Shown piece by piece: positions 55,789-64,000 of a stretch of DNA of 64,000 nt. The notes beneath the pieces are model-generated. The model was not told the DNA's origin. It saw only the letters and a program-made list of their open reading frames with translations, and did no database searches. Both the position numbers and the translations under genes were made by a program. Numbering within the stretch: the stretch's first letter is position 1; every line of letters starts with the position of its first letter. This DNA is from Bacteroidia bacterium (GTDB lineage Bacteria > Bacteroidota > Bacteroidia > Flavobacteriales_D > JAUILH01). The stretch is taken from the NCBI GenBank assembly GCA_030433115.1, contig JAUILH010000005.1, positions 4,592 through 68,591 of the forward strand, given 5' to 3'.

Positions 55789-57132
55789 TTAATAATGACA
55801 TTTAGCACATTCCCAACCACCTAGTTCTCGTACTGTGATTTTTTCATCATCTAAGTACTTCTTGTAAATGTCGGATCGTTTTTTCAATCTTCTGTGAATT
55901 TCTTCGTAATAAGAAACTTTACCTGGATCTTGATCCAAATCGGCTCCCACAGCAACCGCAGTATTGTTATGGCACTCGATACACCACCCCATAGTCAAGG
56001 TTGGACGAGTTAATTGATTTTCCGGAATATCTCCAACTGGCTTTAACTCACTTGCCTTAGCAATTCGAGCAGTCGTCATTTTCTCAACTGGACCATGGCA
56101 ATTCTGACACTCCAAACCACCTACATTTACGTGTTGAGAGTGATTGAAGTAAACATGATCTGGCAATACATATACTCTATTCCAAGCAATTGCCTGAGAC
56201 TCTCCTGTGTATTCAACACCATCAAACCCTGCCATTTCTCTTAGATATTCTACACTTTTCTTTCCTTCTTCAGAGGCCCCTTCAATAGAACGGTGACAAT
56301 TCATACACACATTCATCGTTGGAATACCTGCATGTTTTGAATCGGAAGCTGAATTGTGACAATACTGACAATCAATTCCGTTAATCTCTGCATGAATGTT
56401 GTGCGAGAATGCAGACACTGGCTGTGGCGGATTGTAGTCCTCATACACACCAATACCTTTCAACCATCCGTAAGACACTACCAATAAAGAAAACAAAGCA
56501 ACCACTCCAATAGCAGCTGTTAATCCTTGATTTTCTTTAGCCCATGCCTTTAAGATATCTCCGTAGGTTTCTTTTTGACCATCATCTTCACCAGTCTGTA
56601 CTTTCTGAACTTGTCTTAACTGACGACGAACACCCGCTGCTGCAAATATCACTACCAACAAAACACCACCTAAGATGAACCACCAGTAAGACATACCGCC
56701 TTCTTCTTCGCCCTCTGTTCCTCCAGCACCTCCGCCAGAACCACCCTCATCACCGGAAGGCTCAACGTAATTATCTACGTAATCAAAGATGGCATCAATA
56801 TCAGCGTCAGTTAAAGATGGAAATGCCTTCATTGCAGATCCTTCTTTGGCAGCAACAGTGGCAGCATAAGGACTAACAGCTACCGCATCTTCCCAGTTTC
56901 TTACCCAAGTGTAAATTAAAGACGCATCTCCAGTAGCCTCTTCCCACTGAGCCTTAGTTCCTCTTAGCTTAGGACCAATGACTTTTTTATCGGGATGGTG
57001 ACATGACTTACAGTTTGTCTCGAACAACTCCTGGCCTTGTGCAGACGCTTCAGACATCCCGGCAACAAAGAAAAGCAGCGTTAACATCACCGTGATCAAA
57101 ACCCTACCTTTTCCAACAAAATGACCTCTCAT
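55789..57132 (-). CDS. actA: Alternative Complex III subunit ActA (pentaheme cytochrome c) with an additional N-terminal monoheme cytochrome c domain
   Basis: Six CxxCH motifs: 'CKSCH' in the N-terminal class-I-like domain, then 'CQYCH', 'CMNCH', 'CQNCH', 'CIECH' and 'CAKCH'. Gly/Glu linker and TM helices lie between them. ATG 57132 gives a signal peptide; TTG 57150 is an alternative start. Confidence 0.85.
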   Translation of the reverse strand: MRGHFVGKGRVLITVMLTLLFFVAGMSEASAQGQELFETNCKSCHHPDKKVIGPKLRGTKAQWEEATGDASLIYTWVRNWEDAVAVSPYAATVAAKEGSAMKAFPSLTDADIDAIFDYVDNYVEPSGDEGGSGGGAGGTEGEEEGGMSYWWFILGGVLLVVIFAAAGVRRQLRQVQKVQTGEDDGQKETYGDILKAWAKENQGLTAAIGVVALFSLLVVSYGWLKGIGVYEDYNPPQPVSAFSHNIHAEINGIDCQYCHNSASDSKHAGIPTMNVCMNCHRSIEGASEEGKKSVEYLREMAGFDGVEYTGESQAIAWNRVYVLPDHVYFNHSQHVNVGGLECQNCHGPVEKMTTARIAKASELKPVGDIPENQLTRPTLTMGWCIECHNNTAVAVGADLDQDPGKVSYYEEIHRRLKKRSDIYKKYLDDEKITVRELGGWECAKCHY

Positions 57133-57184
57133 ATTTCTAATTTTTCTCAAGTCGACTTAGTAAATCTAGTATACAGATTTGGGG

Positions 57185-57192
57185 CAAAAATA
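57185..57192 (-). promoter_or_regulatory. Candidate -7 promoter box (TATTTTTG on the minus strand) for the act-cox operon
   Basis: Plus-strand 'caaaaata' reads as minus-strand 'tatttttg', matching TAnnTTTG. It lies ~50 nt upstream of ATG 57132. No clear -33 TTG. Confidence 0.3.
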
Positions 57193-57448
57193 GTAGAATG
57201 TCCGAGTAATGATAGGCAGCATGACATAAAAATGACAATTCATTATCTAATTTATAATCATTCTAAATAAGGGTGTTGTCGTTTATCTTCGAAATCAAAT
57301 AATTAGACTTTACAAACAAATAATTGCAAGGTATTCCCAGCCAATAAAACCAAGCATCTGATTCAACCGAGACTCCGTACACTTGAAAATAATAATTGGT
57401 ATTTGTGCGAACTGATTTTATTGGCACAATTTTTAATAGTTTTGACGT

Positions 57449-58003
57449 GTGAAAGCAATCTTATTTACCCTACTAGTGAGCTTGAGTGGTCAGCTTTTGG
57501 CTCAAAAAGACAGTACAGATCGTTCATGGATGCTATACCCGTCCCAGAAGGTGAGTCCGGACACAAGTGCACTTATGACCTCTCAACCGTCTGATGTCTT
57601 TGAAGGTGTTAACGACAGTTCTGTTTATTTTGACCCGAGCACATCTTTGGATTTCAACAGTTCAAAAAAAGGTCAGGTCACTGTAGCGAAAGACGGAAGA
57701 ATTGATGCCTTGACTGAGTTTTTGGCTACGCCAAAAGAGAGCAAACCAGTTCAAATTGACGGGTTCAGAATTCAAATTTTCTTTGATCAAGACAGGAATA
57801 AAGTTTTGGGTGAAAAGACACGTTTTTTAAGTATGACGAGTGACACTAAAGCCTATATGGAATGGGATGCGCCCAACCACTATGTGAGAGTTGGTAATTT
57901 TTACACCAGGCAGCAAGCATTGGCTTATATTGAAAAATTAAAAGGGGCTTTCCCTTCGGCCACCGTGGTTAAGAGTAAAATTGATTTGCCAGAGTTTGAC
58001 TAA
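57449..58003 (+). CDS. SPOR (peptidoglycan-binding) domain protein
   Basis: GTG start with signal 'MKAILFTLLVSLSGQLLAQ'. C-terminal 'GFRIQIFFDQDRNKVLGEKTRF...YVRVGNFYTRQQALAYIEKLKGAFPSATVV' is SPOR-like. Confidence 0.7.
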   Translation: MKAILFTLLVSLSGQLLAQKDSTDRSWMLYPSQKVSPDTSALMTSQPSDVFEGVNDSSVYFDPSTSLDFNSSKKGQVTVAKDGRIDALTEFLATPKESKPVQIDGFRIQIFFDQDRNKVLGEKTRFLSMTSDTKAYMEWDAPNHYVRVGNFYTRQQALAYIEKLKGAFPSATVVKSKIDLPEFD

Positions 58004-58017
58004 TTTTTTCTCAGGTT

Positions 58018-59253
58018 TTGATAAGGATTTCGCACCTGGTTATATTAGCCATTTTTCTTTCAGGATGTCAAGATAAATCCGGCACTGACAAAACTGACAT
58101 TTCCAAGCAAACACAAACCACAGCCGATTCTGTTAGTTTAGATAATGACACAACGGCATCTAATTATACAGAACGTGACACCGTGGTGCCCTATGCATAC
58201 ACAAGTTATTATGAGTTTGATAAAGATCAATTTCCAAAATTTGACAAGGATAATCCAGCCACCATCAAACCAAATGAATTCTTATTGGATTTATATCAGG
58301 GTCAACATGCACCCAGGGGGAATCCTGAGGTCGATTCAATTAAAACACTTCTTCCTGTAGATATCAATCCCATCTCAACTCAGTATTTCAAACCTTTAGA
58401 AGTCTTGAGCTTATTATTTCGTGCGCGGACTACCCGTATTTTTTCCGATTCAGGCGACCCTACTGAAGTAATTTATTGGAATTGTCCATCGTGTGAAAAG
58501 CAGGAAATTCTTTATGCCAACCATGGTCATTGGGGCAGACAATTCCCTGGAGACAAATCCAATATGACCATGCTCACAGCGGCCTATCATTTTACAGCAA
58601 GCAATAAAACTTTTAAACTCTTAAGTTTCGCTACATATACGGACGGGTTCGAATTAGATTTTAATGGTAGATTTATTGGTGCCATCATGGGACTGGCACT
58701 TTTCGAGGAAACAAATGGTGTTTGGAACCTGGTTGATTTTATTCCCGCAATTAACTCTTTTGGATCTTTTAATTCATACATCAATCCTCTTGTGAGAGTG
58801 GAACATGATAACATTTTCTTGATCTACAATACCTACAATGGGGGAGCTGGTGGACCCTATGGTGATTCTGATGAAATATTGTGGTTTAATGAAAATGAAA
58901 AAACGTTTAAATCTGTTGCAAAACGGGACTTTTTGTCACTTTACAATGTCCGATTTGCGGAGTGGAGTTCTTACTATGCTTTTGAGGTTTCTAAAAGTTC
59001 CACCTGTCCCGATATGATTATTGAAACCTCAGGCTACTATATTGGAAAAGTAATGGATGATGAAGACAATATGTACCTGTTTGATGATGCTCCTGAAAAG
59101 TTTTTGGAAGCTTGTAGAGAAACGGACAAGCTAGAAGCACCTTTTAAGTTTACACTGACAAGAAGATTTTCTCTTGAAAATAATGCATATGTTGAAAAGG
59201 AGGTCACTCTGGATAAATCACCGTTGATAGGCAGGTGGAAAAGTCGCGATTAA
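58018..59253 (+). CDS. Hypothetical lipoprotein
   Basis: TTG start. 'MIRISHLVILAIFLSGC|QDKSG' lipobox. No recognisable family. Confidence 0.6.
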   Translation: MIRISHLVILAIFLSGCQDKSGTDKTDISKQTQTTADSVSLDNDTTASNYTERDTVVPYAYTSYYEFDKDQFPKFDKDNPATIKPNEFLLDLYQGQHAPRGNPEVDSIKTLLPVDINPISTQYFKPLEVLSLLFRARTTRIFSDSGDPTEVIYWNCPSCEKQEILYANHGHWGRQFPGDKSNMTMLTAAYHFTASNKTFKLLSFATYTDGFELDFNGRFIGAIMGLALFEETNGVWNLVDFIPAINSFGSFNSYINPLVRVEHDNIFLIYNTYNGGAGGPYGDSDEILWFNENEKTFKSVAKRDFLSLYNVRFAEWSSYYAFEVSKSSTCPDMIIETSGYYIGKVMDDEDNMYLFDDAPEKFLEACRETDKLEAPFKFTLTRRFSLENNAYVEKEVTLDKSPLIGRWKSRD

Positions 59254-60602
59254 ATACCGTACATAATGGTCCCAATCAGGAAGTAAATAAAAAGCCCTAG
59301 TACATCATTCACAGTCGTTATAAACGGTCCGGTTGCAAGTGCTGGATCAATCTTATATTTATCAAGCACCAATGGGATAAATGTACCGGCGATGGCAGCA
59401 AAAATAATGACGCTGAACAAGGCCAGACTCACCGTCCACGCCAAACTTTGCTCATTTCCTACAATGAAATTATAGCCAAATATGACTGACGCACAGATCA
59501 AGCCGTTAAAAAGCGCCACTAAAGTTTCTTTGCCTATCCTCCCTAAAATTCCTCTGAAAACAATGCTGTTATTGGCAAGCCCTTGCACCACGATTGCAGA
59601 TGACTGTACACCCACATTTCCACCCATGGCAGCCACCAAAGGAATGAAATATGCCAGTTCCGGTTTTAACTGAATCTGAGATTCATACTTGGCGATTACT
59701 TCCGCACCGAGCACACCTCCAACCATGCCAATAAGCAACCAGGGCAGTCTGGCTTTCGACATACTCCAAACCGAATCGTGCGATTCAACTTTATCTGATA
59801 ATCCGGACGCCATCTGATAATCCTTTTCGGCCTCTTCTTTGATCACGTCTATCACATCATCAATGGTAATTCTACCAATCAGTCTGTTTTTATCATCAAC
59901 AACCGGAAGTACAACCAGGTCGTATTTTTCCATGATTTTAGCAACTTCCTCATTGCTCGCATCTGCCTCCACTGAAATCACACCATCCATATAAATCTCC
60001 GAAATGGGAGAATTTGGGGACGCGAACAACATGCTTTTGAGCGACAAGGTTCCTTTGAGCTCAGAATTATCGTCTATGACATAAATGGAGTAAACCTTAT
60101 CAATGTCCTGAGCCTGCTTGCGCATGTGAATCACACATCTGTTAACTGGCCAATTGATGTTTACAGCGATAAACTCTTTTGCCATGAGTCCACCCGCACT
60201 GTCCTCCTCATACCCCAAAAGGTCTGAAATGTCACTTGAATGCGACTTATCTTCGAGTTGGGAAATAACTTCTGCTTGTTGATCATCTGGCAATTCTGCA
60301 ATTACATCTGCCGCATCATCTGTTTCCAGAATGTCTACATAATCTGCGATTTGCTCGGCGCTTAAATCTTCCAGGACGCGCTCCAGTACATCTTCGTCTA
60401 AGTGGGTCAAAGTTTCTGCGGCCACTTCTTCCGGTAAAACACCGTATACGAAATTGGCTTCATACTCTCCTAAACGGTCTAAAATTTCCGCAATATCTGC
60501 TGGATGAATCGCTTCTGTGAGAAGCTTCACTGACTGGACATCTTGCCTCTCAATTGCGTGAGAGAGGTCCTCTAGGTACGATTTGGTTAACTCGAAAGAC
60601 AC
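59250..60602 (-). CDS. mgtE: Magnesium transporter MgtE
   Basis: MgtE N-domain 'HPADIAEILD...', two CBS-like segments, and a TM domain with 'MGGNVGVQSSAIVVQGL' and 'DPALATGPFITTVNDVLGL'. GTG start. Confidence 0.9.
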   Translation of the reverse strand: MSFELTKSYLEDLSHAIERQDVQSVKLLTEAIHPADIAEILDRLGEYEANFVYGVLPEEVAAETLTHLDEDVLERVLEDLSAEQIADYVDILETDDAADVIAELPDDQQAEVISQLEDKSHSSDISDLLGYEEDSAGGLMAKEFIAVNINWPVNRCVIHMRKQAQDIDKVYSIYVIDDNSELKGTLSLKSMLFASPNSPISEIYMDGVISVEADASNEEVAKIMEKYDLVVLPVVDDKNRLIGRITIDDVIDVIKEEAEKDYQMASGLSDKVESHDSVWSMSKARLPWLLIGMVGGVLGAEVIAKYESQIQLKPELAYFIPLVAAMGGNVGVQSSAIVVQGLANNSIVFRGILGRIGKETLVALFNGLICASVIFGYNFIVGNEQSLAWTVSLALFSVIIFAAIAGTFIPLVLDKYKIDPALATGPFITTVNDVLGLFIYFLIGTIMYGI

Positions 60603-60697
60603 TCGGTTCAGGATCCATTTTCAGTTGGCACCCACTGGATGCAGTTGGTTTAGTTAGCGGCAAAAGTAATGATTTGAATGCGGTTGGCAAGTGTGCC

Positions 60698-61900
60698 TTA
60701 CAAAAGATTTGACCTGATTTGCGTTAAGCTTTCTTTAAGCTCGTTCAGAATTTCGGGTGTAATGTTAAAATAGTGAGGTGTTTGAAGGACGTCTGACTGC
60801 ACCATTTCTCCACCAGGTTTATATTCAATTTTGTCGAGTATCGATTTAATTTTCCGGAAATCCGTGTTGAAAGACAGTTCAGCATCCGACACCTGATCAC
60901 TTTGGTAAGACAACAAGGTTTCCATGTAGTGAGGCGCTGTACCAAAAAAGCTATTCATATCGGTGTTTGCCTTGTCTTCATAATTCATGGCTAGCTGATA
61001 CAGAATCTCCAAAAAGGCGCCGGTATGCATCAGTGCCTCATTCTCACTCGATGGAGGCAGGGCTTCATAGGCAAAATATAAATCAGCTAAAACGGCATCA
61101 ATGCTATCTTGTTTTCCAGCACCATTTGCCAAACGAATCTGGTAATCTTTGGTAGAAAAATCGACTTCTGCCACCTTTTCAAATTCCCGAACCATGCCTA
61201 CGCGTTTATCCGTTCCCTGATCATCAGCGTGCATGGCTAAATCCGCTAGAATAATGCCCGACAAGAGGGTTCCCTTAAAAGAGACTGAACTCAATGGCAC
61301 ACTAAACGCTTCCGGGTTCAAGGCATCTCGAAATTTATAGGTCATTTGAAACGGGCTTTGCAACGGTGCTATGTAAGGTTCATCTTCTTGTGACCCGTCA
61401 TTCTTGATAATCGGCTCTTTCTCATTCCCTCTGTTTGCGTAGGCCTCAAAAACGTCATTCACTTCTTCAAAACGTTTTTTGGAATAATCCAGGTTCCAGC
61501 CCATTTGACGAATATCTGCCTGGTAGGTGGCAATGCCCATGGCGTCCTGAAAAATACTGGCGTCAAAATCGGAGAGTTTCTCCACCATGTCCATATCAAC
61601 ATATAAAGCCAAGGATTTACCTGAAGGAATGCCTCTGGTATCAATCATTAAAAATTTGTTGTAAAAGCCATCCTTAGTGTATTCTACTTTGTAGCGTGCC
61701 CCATTGTCAAGTTTGACCTTGTACTTGCCATTGGACGACACCAAAGAATAGCGTTCATCCGTATCCATGTTCACCACATTTACCTGAGACACTTTAAGCT
61801 CCTTCTGGGTTTTGTAATGCAGCATTTTGCCTGTCACTTTTACCTGGGCGGTTAGCAAAGTGCAGATCATGACAAAGCTTATGGTGGTAAATAGTCTCAT
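60698..61900 (-). CDS. Hypothetical secreted protein with an N-terminal CarboxypepD_reg-like beta-sandwich
   Basis: Signal 'MRLFTTISFVMICTLLTAQ'. 'VKVTGKMLHYKTQKELKVSQVNVVNMDTDERYSLVSSNGKYKVKLDNGARYKVEYTKDGFY' resembles carboxypeptidase-regulatory-like domains. The rest is unrecognised. Confidence 0.6.
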   Translation of the reverse strand: MRLFTTISFVMICTLLTAQVKVTGKMLHYKTQKELKVSQVNVVNMDTDERYSLVSSNGKYKVKLDNGARYKVEYTKDGFYNKFLMIDTRGIPSGKSLALYVDMDMVEKLSDFDASIFQDAMGIATYQADIRQMGWNLDYSKKRFEEVNDVFEAYANRGNEKEPIIKNDGSQEDEPYIAPLQSPFQMTYKFRDALNPEAFSVPLSSVSFKGTLLSGIILADLAMHADDQGTDKRVGMVREFEKVAEVDFSTKDYQIRLANGAGKQDSIDAVLADLYFAYEALPPSSENEALMHTGAFLEILYQLAMNYEDKANTDMNSFFGTAPHYMETLLSYQSDQVSDAELSFNTDFRKIKSILDKIEYKPGGEMVQSDVLQTPHYFNITPEILNELKESLTQIRSNLL

Positions 61901-62072
61901 AATGGGTTGGCATTAAGGTACGCAAAAAGTGTGAAGAGGTTACGCCGGATTTCCTAAAGGCAAGAATTGAGCCATAAACGATGGTTTTCAGGACACAAAA
62001 TCACTGAATTCGGTGAAGGAATTCTAGTGAGGTACCAGTAAATTGCAGAATTCACAATAAATATAGAACCAT

Positions 62073-63350
62073 ATGATCTTAAAAACTGTATGTCTTAGTA
62101 TTGGCTTTTCCTGTCTGGGAAGTATCGTATTCTCACAAAACACTTTCCCTACCAACGGCAACGTAGGAATTGGCACTACTTCACCAAGTGAGCGCTTAGA
62201 TGTGAACGGGAATTTAATCGTGGATAGCTGCCTCATAGTAAAAGATTCAGTTCATTTCCAGAATAGCATGGTGGTGGAGATGGAAACCCGTTTAAAAGAT
62301 CGTCTTGTGGTTGACCAGGATGCCCTCTTCAATGGTGAATCGACTTTTGGAGGCAATGCAGAAGCGCAGAGTGATTTGAAAATTTTGGGTACCACTAAAA
62401 TGAAGGGCAATGCCTTTGTGGAGGGAAATTTTAAGTTCAAGGGACTTGCAGACCAGAATTTGTCGGAAGATCGTTTTGCCATGATCAATCCAAACGGGAA
62501 AGTTAAGTCCATGGAATATAGAGATTTTATATCCTCCATTTATGAATATGTGCCGTGTATTCCGCTGAGTGATGGCACTACACAAGCCATTTTACCTCCG
62601 GTTTGGAATCATTTAAGCAAACCCAATTATGGCGTGTTGTATGTGGGTGCGCCTTGTCCTTCCAGGGTAGGTATAGAAACTGATGATCCTTTGACCACAT
62701 TGGATGTACGTGGGCGGATTCACACCAACGAATCCATGGTAATTAACCGAGGGAACTTCTTTAGTTTGAATGCCAACACTTTATTTCAAATTAATGGAGG
62801 GAGCAGTGGCTTGAATTTTTTCGAGTTCGGGAATGCGGATGGCATTTCTCTTGAGATGACTTCTTCCGGAGCCATCATCCATGAAGCCAATACGGCCACA
62901 ACACCTGCCTATCATATTACCAATGTGGCTTCAGAGGGGACAGGATTGTCCATTACTTCCGGAGCGGGCGCGGCAGCAAGCAACGAATATGCGGCTTTCT
63001 CCATCAGTACTTTTGACGGCACTACGCCACGAGAGATTTTTAAGGTCAATGGCAAATCCGGGATCACCTATGCCAGAGAAATTAAGGTGGATTTAAACCA
63101 GTGGCCGGATTATGTATTTGAGGAAGGCTATGAATTAATGTCCTTAGATGAGGTAGAAGCGTACATCAAAAAGAACGGACATTTGCCGGGTGTTCCGAGT
63201 GCTGAGGAAGTGGAGAGCGAGGGCATTGGCGTGGGAGAAACGGATAAGATTTTACTCCAGAAAATGGAAGAAATGACTTTGTATATGATTGAACTGCAAA
63301 AGCAAAATGAGGCTTTGAAAAAGGAAATTGAGATATTGAAAAAGAGATGA
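62073..63350 (+). CDS. Tail-fibre-like secreted protein with a conserved C-terminal 'WPDYVF...HLPGVPSAEEV' coiled-coil module
   Basis: Signal peptide. 'NTFPTNGNVGIGTTSPSERLDVNGN' recalls phage tail-fibre/collar repeats. The C-terminal 'WPDYVFEEGYELMSLDEVEAYIKKNGHLPGVPSAEEVESEGIGVGETDKILLQKMEEMTLYMIELQKQNEALKKEIEILKK' is a module I recall from many uncharacterised Bacteroidota proteins. Confidence 0.7.
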   Translation: MILKTVCLSIGFSCLGSIVFSQNTFPTNGNVGIGTTSPSERLDVNGNLIVDSCLIVKDSVHFQNSMVVEMETRLKDRLVVDQDALFNGESTFGGNAEAQSDLKILGTTKMKGNAFVEGNFKFKGLADQNLSEDRFAMINPNGKVKSMEYRDFISSIYEYVPCIPLSDGTTQAILPPVWNHLSKPNYGVLYVGAPCPSRVGIETDDPLTTLDVRGRIHTNESMVINRGNFFSLNANTLFQINGGSSGLNFFEFGNADGISLEMTSSGAIIHEANTATTPAYHITNVASEGTGLSITSGAGAAASNEYAAFSISTFDGTTPREIFKVNGKSGITYAREIKVDLNQWPDYVFEEGYELMSLDEVEAYIKKNGHLPGVPSAEEVESEGIGVGETDKILLQKMEEMTLYMIELQKQNEALKKEIEILKKR

Positions 63351-63838
63351 GAATAATTACTATTATTTTATTGGGGACTCTTGTGGGATTATTGTCTTGC
63401 AAGAAATATGACGAGGGCAGAAACCTCTCATTAAGGTCAAAAAACAGAAGAATTGCTGGGATTTGGAGAATCGATACATACACAATAGATGGTGCAGATT
63501 CTTTAGCTGCTAAAAATTTTGAAACGCAAGACTACATGTTTGGTCTTAAAAAATGTGGAGGACGGCTGAGAGGCTGTTTTTGTCCAACGTGCACCTATGG
63601 TCGATCTCGATGGGAAATAAAACCTTCTCGAGACAATTACATGAGATTCCTGGACATCCCACCAATATCACCTTTTAATCATACCAATAAAACCTCAGCT
63701 TACGTATCAAGTTTATGGGAAATAAAACGTTTAACCAATAGTGAAATGGTCTTGGAATCATTGCCTTCATATTCAAAAAGGGTGATTATAACACTTTCTA
63801 AAATAAACGACGACAAACCATGTATAGAAGGAGATTAA
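63347..63838 (+). CDS. Small hypothetical lipoprotein (paralog 1)
   Basis: ATGA overlap with the upstream gene. 'MRIITIILLGTLVGLLSC|KKYDEG'. 'RRIAGIWRIDTYTIDGADS' is shared with the next partial ORF. Confidence 0.55.
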   Translation: MRIITIILLGTLVGLLSCKKYDEGRNLSLRSKNRRIAGIWRIDTYTIDGADSLAAKNFETQDYMFGLKKCGGRLRGCFCPTCTYGRSRWEIKPSRDNYMRFLDIPPISPFNHTNKTSAYVSSLWEIKRLTNSEMVLESLPSYSKRVIITLSKINDDKPCIEGD

Positions 63839-64000
63839 TATTGTTTTTTGGAGTTATGCTCATGATTTGTGTAACTGATTGCACTAAATACCCTGAGGGA
63901 CCTGCAATTTCCTTGAGAACAAAAACAAACCGAATCGCTGGAGTTTGGTTCATTCAAAAATATGAAATTGATGGGGTTGACTCATTGCAACACATGGGAT
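63820..64000 (+). CDS. Small hypothetical lipoprotein (paralog 2), 3'-truncated by the window end
   Basis: ATG 63820 is open to the window end. It translates to 'MYRRRLILFFGVMLMICVTDCTKYPEGPAISLRTKTNRIAGVWFIQKYEIDGVDS', which parallels the N-terminus of the 63347 gene. It is absent from the ORF track because it has no stop in the window. Confidence 0.45.
   Translation, partial: MYRRRLILFFGVMLMICVTDCTKYPEGPAISLRTKTNRIAGVWFIQKYEIDGVDSLQHMG

Noticed and set aside
57437-57444. 'tagttttg' matches the TAnnTTTG -7 box upstream of the SPOR gene.
   Set aside because: It ends only 4 nt before the GTG start at 57449. A transcript initiated from it would lack the start codon, so it is either coincidental or the start is mis-assigned.
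1-64000. Searched by eye for mobile elements, prophage or integrase genes, tRNA/rRNA genes and compositional islands.
   Set aside because: No transposase or integrase motifs, no terminal inverted repeats flanking a gene block, and no tRNA-like T-arm consensus in any intergenic region. The GC-richer adhesin genes reflect amino-acid composition rather than foreign origin.

Overview
This 64-kb chromosomal segment looks like a Bacteroidota (Flavobacteriia-like) genome. It has T9SS type-B C-terminal sorting domains, a PorW/SprE-like TPR lipoprotein, an Alternative Complex III (actABCDEF) plus cytochrome c oxidase (coxB-coxA) operon, TAnnTTTG-type -7 boxes and very tight gene packing. I call about 47 protein-coding genes, two of them cut by the window edges. 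I found no rRNA, tRNA, CRISPR array, transposase or integrase. Layout: (i) nt 1-17.5 kb holds three consecutive T9SS type-B-CTD surface proteins: a >3580-aa SprB-repeat giant, a 1471-aa protein with 7 tandem Ig-like repeats, and a choice-of-anchor-L protein. (ii) 17.5-43.5 kb is a mixed block: Tat-signal S66 LD-carboxypeptidase + GH92 mannosidase, secreted VWA protein, HAMP-PP2C phosphatase, two M23 peptidases, PorW/SprE-like lipoprotein, bestrophin/YneE channel, a histidine kinase/response regulator pair, methyltransferase, paralogous beta-barrel-like proteins, a WD40-caspase protein with a membrane Zn-ribbon partner, ruvB, and a 6x20-aa repeat protein. (iii) 44.2-57.1 kb is the minus-strand ACIII-cox respiratory operon. 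(iv) 57.4-64 kb holds a SPOR protein, a lipoprotein, mgtE, and a tail-fibre-like protein with small lipoprotein paralogs. Most worth a second look: a GC-rich, multi-helix ~230-nt intergenic element with alternative pairings (26656-26882, unclassified); the secreted WD40-caspase / membrane double-CxxC operon; an ActC with a ~185-aa His-rich plus helix-hairpin-helix-like C-terminal extension; a perfectly periodic 20-aa Cys repeat protein; and the fact that all six convergent gene junctions are 5 nt or less, four of them sharing palindromic overlapping stop codons. All family assignments come from motif recognition by eye. No database search was run.
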